Below, piece by piece: positions 55,833-64,000 of a stretch of 64,000 bases of DNA (within the stretch, counting starts at the first letter, position 1; every line of letters begins with the position of its first letter). The translations under genes were made by a program, and so were the position numbers. The DNA is taken from positions 28,024,001 to 28,088,000 of the forward strand of contig CM022672.1 of the NCBI GenBank assembly GCA_012295275.1. The letters run 5' to 3'. Origin of the DNA: Chrysomallon squamiferum (Eukaryota > Animalia > Mollusca). The notes beneath the pieces are model-generated. The model was not told the DNA's origin and did no database searches. It saw only the letters and a list, made by a program, of their open reading frames with translations.

Positions 55833-58800
55833 CACTAGTAGATGTATTAATTAATAATTGCAGTTTAAGTAATGAAGAGATTTTTTTTAATTCATAAATT
55901 TATGATCACAGATTTTTATGACTATACTAATAACTTAAACAGTATAATTCATCTTATACAAGCATGTATTTTTGTATTTTTTATTATTTATTTATTTGTT
56001 TATTGTTTTAGTTCCATTACTAATAAGCTTTAACAGGATTAGAGCTGAAGAAAAAAGTTAATTATACGCTTTCAAATGTAAAGATATTTTGATTTTGTTT
56101 CTTTCTCAAGTTTCACTTGTCTCCATAATTAGTGTTTTGAATAACGCAACTAGTTCACTTAATATGCCCCAATGTTATAAATTATTTCGCTCAGCGGCTG
56201 AGGAACAACGTGAAAGTCATTTACCAACAATTTTACCCCACTGCCCTGTCGTCTCACTCGAAATCGATATAGTGTTCACATGACTGTAGTGGTACGAGTG
56301 TTTAATTGGTTCGAAATAATCTGGAAGTGCTTCAGTGTGGCGCATCAATCAGTGACCGCGACAAATTACCAGTGCGTATTGACAATTTCACGACTAATTT
56401 GTCGCGTTGCCCTGAAGGCGATGACCTGATCATCCATCCTGTTTTTCTGAGCGAGTTTTCCAGCCAGACACGTTCTTTCAGAGCCGCCTAACTCCAACTT
56501 CGTGACGCAGAGTAACAACATTTCACGAATGAGTCTTCTTTTCGAGATTCCAATAATAGATGCGCAATGAAAACACCGTATGGAGCAATTTTGCATTGAC
56601 AGCCTCTAATTACAAGCGATAGACAGTGAAGACTTTGCTTCGCAGCCGATTACGTCAAAGAAGAACCGTCAATTTGGCAGCGATACTCCTGTAATTGATC
56701 GTTCGGTGTTGTCCTTCTGCTTTGGCTTCCAGCCAGGACGAGACAAGCACACGTGATCAACGTAAATGCTGCAAACCGCCAACTTGTTGTTAGCTTTCAC
56801 TCAGTTAATGACAACAAGTGACCCCAGGCGAAAATTATGAAAGTGAATCACTAAATAAAACCACACTGATACCAACGTTTCAATTGTATCTAGTTTTTTG
56901 CCAAGAGATGAATATTCGGCTAAACAATATGAAAATATCATCGTGCCAAATCTTGAAATTAAATGTCTGTTAACGTTAATTATTTAGAATGAATCGCTAG
57001 TAAAAAACGTGTCCTACATATCTTGTTATTTGTCTGTAATCTGTATGAGCTTATTAATAAAATAATAATAATAATAATAGTTGTAGTAGTACCGGTGGTG
57101 GTGGTGGTGGTGGTTCTATTGGTACTAGTAATGACAACAACAACAACAACATTATTAATAATAATAAAAATATTATTTACTTATTTATTTATTTATTTTA
57201 ATTGCTTAGCAGTAAGGGATATTTATAAACACTTTCTGATGGATAGAGAGAAAAGCAGATACCAAGTCTTAGATAAATATCTCCAGCTGTGTTAACCAAA
57301 ATGAGCAATAGCCAAACGAGTTTACACAAATAATAATAATAACCTATCAAAATAGTAAATGATAAACAATCAAAGAAATATAAAAGAAATAAAAAGTAAT
57401 ATAAAAACCTACACAGTATTTACAGAAATAACACCATAACGTTAGTTCGGATTGGAATACAAAGAAATATAAAATAATCGATGAAAGTCTACTCGTCAAA
57501 ACCAGTGCATAAAACATACAACTCAGTCACAGGTGACATTCTATTCCGGTGTTTCACAATCTCCTGCTTTTTACGTACAGAATTTCCATATCCAGTAATG
57601 TAGTGCTGTTGCATTTGTATAATGTTTTTCTTTTTAATTCAAGAAATAAACGAAAAACACAAGAATGCTGGTAATAAATAGATCTATTAATATTACCGAA
57701 ATGTCAGTAGAATATACCATGATAATTATTTTTATTTATTTTATTATTTTATTTATTTTAATTTTTAATGAAACCATCTCTGGAATATATATAAATGTTT
57801 TACTGCCCCAGGAAAAACAGTTTGTAATAACACGGCTGGAGCCCTGAATTACTTTACACAGTTTGTATCGATACACGTTCATGCATGTACATATATACAC
57901 ATATTCATACACATATTCATTTTAATACATACACAGATATAAAGACGTAAGCATATAAATATAACAATACAATAATATTAAAACGAGGCAAAGTGATAGA
58001 GAACAGATGTAGACATAGAGATTAAAAAAGAAAAAGAATGGTGAAATATTATAAATGAGCTTTTTGTTATGCGTATTTACTACAAATCTTTATTATGTTA
58101 AAAAAATAATAATAATAAAATTGTTTGTGAAAAAGAGACTTCGGTTCATCATATTAACTTTCTGGTTTGCAGTTACATCGATAATTACGTTAGTATTAAT
58201 TTTCAACTGCCGTATGAATTATGTAAAACAACTTTTTTCTATTTATAGATCAGTAAGGCAAAAATAGTCTTGCGTTAAAAAATTATTATCACTGACTCTG
58301 GATTCGGATTAATTTTAATATAATTCTTTTTTTTTACTTTCTTCTATTAACCCGCCACCAGGCACAGATGGAAAGGAAACTAGGTAAAACTGTATTGTAT
58401 TGCCTTAAAACATTAACTGTCACTGCTTCTACATTTATCTTAATTTCAGTTTTTAATCTTAATAAAATGGTCTGAGGAACAGGTTCGACTCGGAAATAAG
58501 TCAAAATATAGTCCTGCCTTAAAATAGTAATTATCAAAGATTTTACATCAAATTTATTTTGATATTCATGTAGGTTTCTATTGAATAAAAGAGTCGTGAC
58601 CTCAAATTTGTGACAATTTGTTGGTTTGGGGTTGTTTTTTTTGTTGAAATTATACAATAAAAAACCCACGTTAAAATAGAGAAATTATATATTGTGGAAG
58701 AAAAATAATCGTGCAGGTGGTTTTAACATATCGGTTTTAATTTCTATAATCTTATGTACGTATTTCCTTTCGCTTTCTTTTATATTATTATTATTGTTAT

Positions 58801-58958
58801 TATTATAGCTTTTTTTTTTTTTTTCAGACTGGCGACTCTTTTAAAGAGCAATATATTCTGTGTTAATAATATTTAAAAAAAAGTTTTGTAAGTTATCACG
58901 CACCTATGCTGTTCATAGACCATTACAGTTAGTGCATTTAATCATTTTTATTTTATTT

Positions 58959-58991
<33 letters not shown>

Positions 58992-61924
58992 TAGTAGTTG
59001 TAGTAGTAGTAGTAGTAATATTATTATTTGGTTGTTGTTGTTCTCTACTTGACTCTGTTATTGTACTGCCAACTGAATTAAAAATTCGTCATGTTAACAC
59101 TTCTGTTTGCTTCGAGTTTGTCAGTCTTTGTGTTCATGTTAATATAATAAATGAGGGAACAAGATATGGCGATTAAATGAGTTTTATTATAAATAAAAAC
59201 AGGATCTGCTAAAGAAAACAATAAAAAAAAAAAAAAAGCTGAAGAATAATAAAGGAGCACACGCACTTTACACTTGGAAAAAGAGATACGTCGAAGTCTT
59301 CATCATCAGTTTGTTTTCTTAAGATTAGTCAACATATTAATACAGGTAACGTATTTAATTATGAAGAGGATGCCAAAATATGAACTTGAAAATTGCAAAT
59401 ATTAGTGAAGTACGTATCTGACAACATTTCTCACAGATTACTGATGAGCGTCAATCCTAAAAATATACACTGCGTCATATGAAATTTAAAAAAAAATATA
59501 AACGTATTTTGATTGTTATTGCGTCAAAGAATAATGCAAATAGAAATCCCAGAGGAGGGAGAAATGTTTTATTTGATGAGTAAAAAAGACTAGTTAAAGA
59601 CTATAATGATAATCCTGATCTACACAGACTGTTATTAGATAAATGTGAATTATTGTTAGAGATTCATTTGTAGTAAAAGTGTTTTTTACGTTAACTGTAT
59701 TAATAAAAAGAACAATAATTTCATAATATTAATCAATACCACCAGCAACACCATAAAGTACCAACAACAACAACAACAATAATATCCACATTCCTTAATA
59801 CAGATAGTATGTACTCGCTGAAAATTTTCACCATGGATTTTCTGGTATTAACTGTTTTTAAATGGGCAGTTATACCCTGTTTAATTCTGCTCTTTGTAAA
59901 AAAATTTTTTTTTAATTATTACGCATAAACTATTCTTAATATAACGTATTTGTGTATGTGCAGTAATAAGATTTCATTTGTGTCTTGATGTACGTCAGAG
60001 CAGACGTTCTCCAGAAACTGCGTTCTTTAGCTGATTATTAAAACAACAACAGCAAATATGTTGCTGTTTTTTTTCCTTCTGTGACTATTATTTTATTTAT
60101 TTTATTATATCATACCTTAATCAGGTTAGTACGCGATGAACCCACCCCATTCTCTGTTTCTTCTATTTCATAATTTTTTTTTTTTTTTTTTTGTTTTGTT
60201 GTTGTTGTTGTTGTTGTTTAAATAATGTTTTCATTTTTTTATCCTTTCTTTAGCTGTGCTGTTTTGATTTATAATATAATTCATTTTGTCACTTATTTTC
60301 TTCCCTTATTTATGAAAATTATGGATAACGTTCATTAGATAATACCGAAATCGACAAATCCGCAGATACCTCAACTCCATCACGACATTAAAAAAAAAAA
60401 AATGTCAATGACTGATGATTGTAAATTCTTTTTGCTTCATCAGCTCCATGATTAACTGTACATTTGCAGCTTAAGATGATTTTAGTTCAATTACTCGCAA
60501 AAGAATGGCGTAAACCCAGCGTATTTATAAATACACATGAATTGTGGTCTTTGATCTTAATATGATAGATAAGAGTAGTAATGTTATTTGGTGAAAATCA
60601 AAGAAAATAAAAGTAACCAGTAATTTTTATGCAGTGAGATTTAACAACAGCGTTTCGAAACAGTCGAAAACTTTTATTCCACTTTCAGAACAGGAATGTT
60701 TAAATAATCAGACATTCTGCAAAGAAAAGTCGGAAATAAATATTGGAAAAATTAGAATAAAATGAGGAAGAATAATCAGTTTAAAATTTAATTATGGTGA
60801 TTAATTTATGTTATTATTAAATTGTTTTCTTTCTTTATATATACTTTTTAGCTGAAATCATGAAACGAATGCACTGTATGTCATAATAACAACCGAAATA
60901 TAATTTTTATCAAAATTTCCTCTGATCAGCCTGTTCTTCATTGGTTATTTCCCGTCTGTCAGCTGCCCAGAGCAAAATGTGTATAAAAGATACTTTGCTG
61001 TAGACTTCACTCTGATGTCATTAAAATGCAAAAATATACCCCTAAATAGAATTTTTATATATATTCTCTTCTAGAAGTGAAGTTATTTTAAAATGTGGAA
61101 ATTCCATTCAAAGATTTTTGTCTTTCATGCAGTTCGGCTACCTAAAAGGAATTTATTTTATTTTTAATTTCCTTAATTGTTTTTGTTTTTGTTTTTATTA
61201 TTGATTTTGTTTATTATTATATATATATATTTTTTTTTTTTCCGTATACTTTTTGGTGAAAACCATTTAATTATTGTTATTAATTTTTTAAGTCAGAATT
61301 CTGCATTTCGAGACATATTTCCGAGAGTTAAATGCATATACTGCAGTAGTTGAGACCGTTGCAACAATATTTTTTTTATCTTGATTGTGATGTGTGTGTG
61401 TTTGTGTGTATGTGTGTATGTGTGTGTGTGTAGTGTGTGGCTGTGTATGTGCGTGTGAGTGTGTAAGTGTATGTTTAAGAACTTGTTGATATTTATGAGT
61501 TCATGATAAAGTCCAGTACGCGTATCATGGTTTGGGTGTATTTTCTTTTTGTGCATGCGCCAAAATCCAGCGTTGTTTGTTCAAGTTATGCATTCAGTCG
61601 TTCTACCATTTTGCAAAATATTAAACAGTCGTGTCCATTTTATCAAAACAAACATTTTTGCCAAATTAAAAATATTTTGAAAATTACATCATACATATGT
61701 ATGTTTACTTCATGCTCTTGTGACTTAATGAACTAATACGAATAAATGGTTTAAGTATTTATATTTTTGACAGAGTATGTGAGAAAAAAAGGAGCATCAG
61801 GTTTTCATTATAATAATTATATCCAGGTTATATTTTGAACTGAATTTACTTGAAAAGGTCAACATGAAACCGGGAAGATTGCATAACTATATCTGTCAAC
61901 CCTTGAGATAAAGATTTGATAATG

Positions 61925-62180
61925 GAACAGACAGTAGCTTAGTGGTTACGTTACAAAACAATTCGCCATAGACTCAATCCTTTTTTCTTCTTCTACTGGA
62001 TTATTTCCCATTCCAGCCAGTACTGCTCGACAGTAAAAGACAGTAATTCTTTGTTTGTGTAAAAGATATCTAACTTCGAATAGATGACACTTTCCGATGG
62101 AACAGACGCAGTTGGTTTCCTCTATAATATAAACTATATGCTTGACATCTTATAACCGCTAATATTAAAATGTATTGAAC
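61925..62180 (+). mobile_element. Degenerate tRNA-derived SINE
   Basis: gtagcttagtggtt (A-box-like), ttatttcccattccagccagt, taaaagatatc, ggtttcctct..tgcttgacatc, in the same order as a molluscan SINE body as I recall it. Confidence 0.45.
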
Positions 62181-63020
62181 TCATAATTAAATATTAATTC
62201 ATTTATTTCTTTGATAGATACTATAATATTCAAATATGTAGCGTACAATAAATTAACTGTTTTGAATATGGATTTGGGCATTTATTTTCTAATTTAAGAA
62301 TTTTATTTTCCGATTCTGTAATTTCTTTTCACTGAAATTTTTTTCAGAATTTGTAACGTCATTCAGATGTTATGCAACAACAGTCTATTTTGGATAGTAT
62401 TAGACTTGATCTCCTCTAAAATGGTTCAGGGCCGATCCACAATTTTAGAAGAATGTGATCTATCATTCAGGAGATGTGACTTTCAAGACAAATGCTTTTT
62501 ACTGTAATGAATCAAATTTTTTGTCAGTAGAACTGGAGGAGCGGTGGATATCGTATTCGCCCAAGCCTGGATTAGCTAGAGTGTTAATTACAGACTCCAT
62601 TATCTTTATGAGAAATATTCTTTCAACTCAATTACTCATCCGAGTATTGATTTTATCAATTTAATATTTCACGATTACAGTCATAAAAATCTTTCTGACA
62701 AGAAATAATTTTCTTGCTTGAAAAAAAAACACTTTTTTGTTGTATTTATTTCGTAAAAACGAAATGAACAGAAAAAGAAAGCAAGAAAAGAAGGAAAAGA
62801 AATAATAACAAATATGCATTAAGAAAATAAAGAAGAAGAAAGTAAACAACAACAGGTGAGTAAGACCATATAGAATCTAGAAACATTTAGCACTCGATGT
62901 TCAAATACCTCAGATCTTCTCAACATTTTGAGGGTAATTCTGCACACATAAATCACAGATCTACGCTTACAACAATGAAACTTTTTTCAAAGGCCATATA
63001 TGTGCTTATATATATATATG

Positions 63021-63520
63021 TAGGTATGTGTTTATGTTTGGATGGACTGATGGGTCTGTGTTTTTAGAATGTGTATGTAGTGTATGTGTGTGTGTGTGTG
63101 TGTAGGTTATGTGTTTATGTTTGGATGGATTGATGGGTCTGTGTTTTTAGAATGTGTATGTATGTGTGAAATGTGTGTGTGTAGTTAGGTATGTGTTTAT
63201 GTTTGGATGGATTGATGGGTCTGTGTTTTAGAATGTGTATGTATGTGTGTGTATGTGTATGTGTGTGTGTAGGTAGGTATGTGTTTATGTTTGGATGGAT
63301 TGATGGGTCTGTGTTTTTAGAATGTGTATGTATGTGTGTATGTGTGTGTGTATGTGTGTGTGTAGTTAGGTATGTGTTTATGTTTGGATGGACTGATGGG
63401 TCTGTGTTTTTAGAATGTGTATGTATGTGTGTATGTGTGTGTGTATGTGTGTGTGTAGGTAGGTATGTGTTTATGTTTGGATGGACTGATGGGTCTGTGT
63501 TTTTAGAATGTGTATGTATA
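63021..63520. repeat. Compound minisatellite: 6 copies of a conserved unit of about 55 bp separated by variable (TG)n tracts
   Basis: Unit taggtatgtgtttatgtttggatgga(c/t)tgatgggtctgtgtttttagaatgtgt, period about 82-93 bp. Confidence 0.9.
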
Positions 63521-64000
63521 TGCAGACCAGCGATGAAATAAAAACAAACCATTATTATTTCATAAACATGGCTGAATTCAGTTTAAAACTAGTTTATATT
63601 CATTGAAAACTGAGGCTGAATTATCTATCCATATTTATGTTATATTTATAATATATTTCATTTTATTTTCAGTAATTTTTGTTTTTGATTCAGTATTCTG
63701 ATTAAGTATATGTTAATCACATGACCGGAAATTGTTGCTTATTTGGTTTAAAAAGATCTCGAGTGAAAACAAAAATGTCTTGCTGTTATTCCTGTGCGAT
63801 ATGTTTTAGAAGACACTAGCTTTGTCTGCTGAATGAAAAAATGTGATAATACTTATGAAAACTGATCACAACCACTTCCTAATATAATAATGCCAGTTTG
63901 TATAATTATCTGACCATAAAATGTAAGGCAGACAAATAAATAAAAATAATTATAATCATTTTATATATAGTTCTAAATATACAGAAATAGATAGTCTAGT

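Noticed and set aside
63021-63520. CRISPR-like repeat-spacer appearance
   Set aside because: The spacers are (TG)n simple repeats rather than unique sequence, the context is eukaryotic, and there are no cas genes.

Overview
AT-rich, microsatellite-dense animal genomic DNA with GT-AG introns, most likely a mollusc (inferred from gene content; species not determinable). I spliced the genes by hand. (1) Two divergently transcribed paralogous genes (minus 4718-10670, 417 aa; plus 17805-22936, 477 aa). Each has 8 coding exons with identical intron phases (1,1,1,1,0,1,0) and encodes a signal peptide, three Cys-rich chitin-binding type-2-like modules and a C-terminal laminin-G/concanavalin-A-like domain, i.e. 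the Pif-like/LamG3 shell-matrix architecture. (2) An ANKRD55-like ankyrin gene (plus 27457-35744) whose ankyrin exons carry several deletions, frameshifts and lost splice donors, while its last exons still splice into an open 379-codon frame. (3) Decayed DNA transposons: two copies of an internally deleted Tigger/pogo element, a GTF2IRD2-like hAT, a hAT dimerisation-domain remnant, a perfect hAT MITE and an Academ-like remnant with an inverted duplication. There are also degenerate tRNA-type SINEs and several minisatellites. (4) About 28 kb without a recognisable host gene (36-64 kb), containing GC-richer unique islands that may be regulatory. Most ORFs in the supplied track are microsatellite artefacts. 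No CRISPR array, rRNA or intact tRNA was seen.
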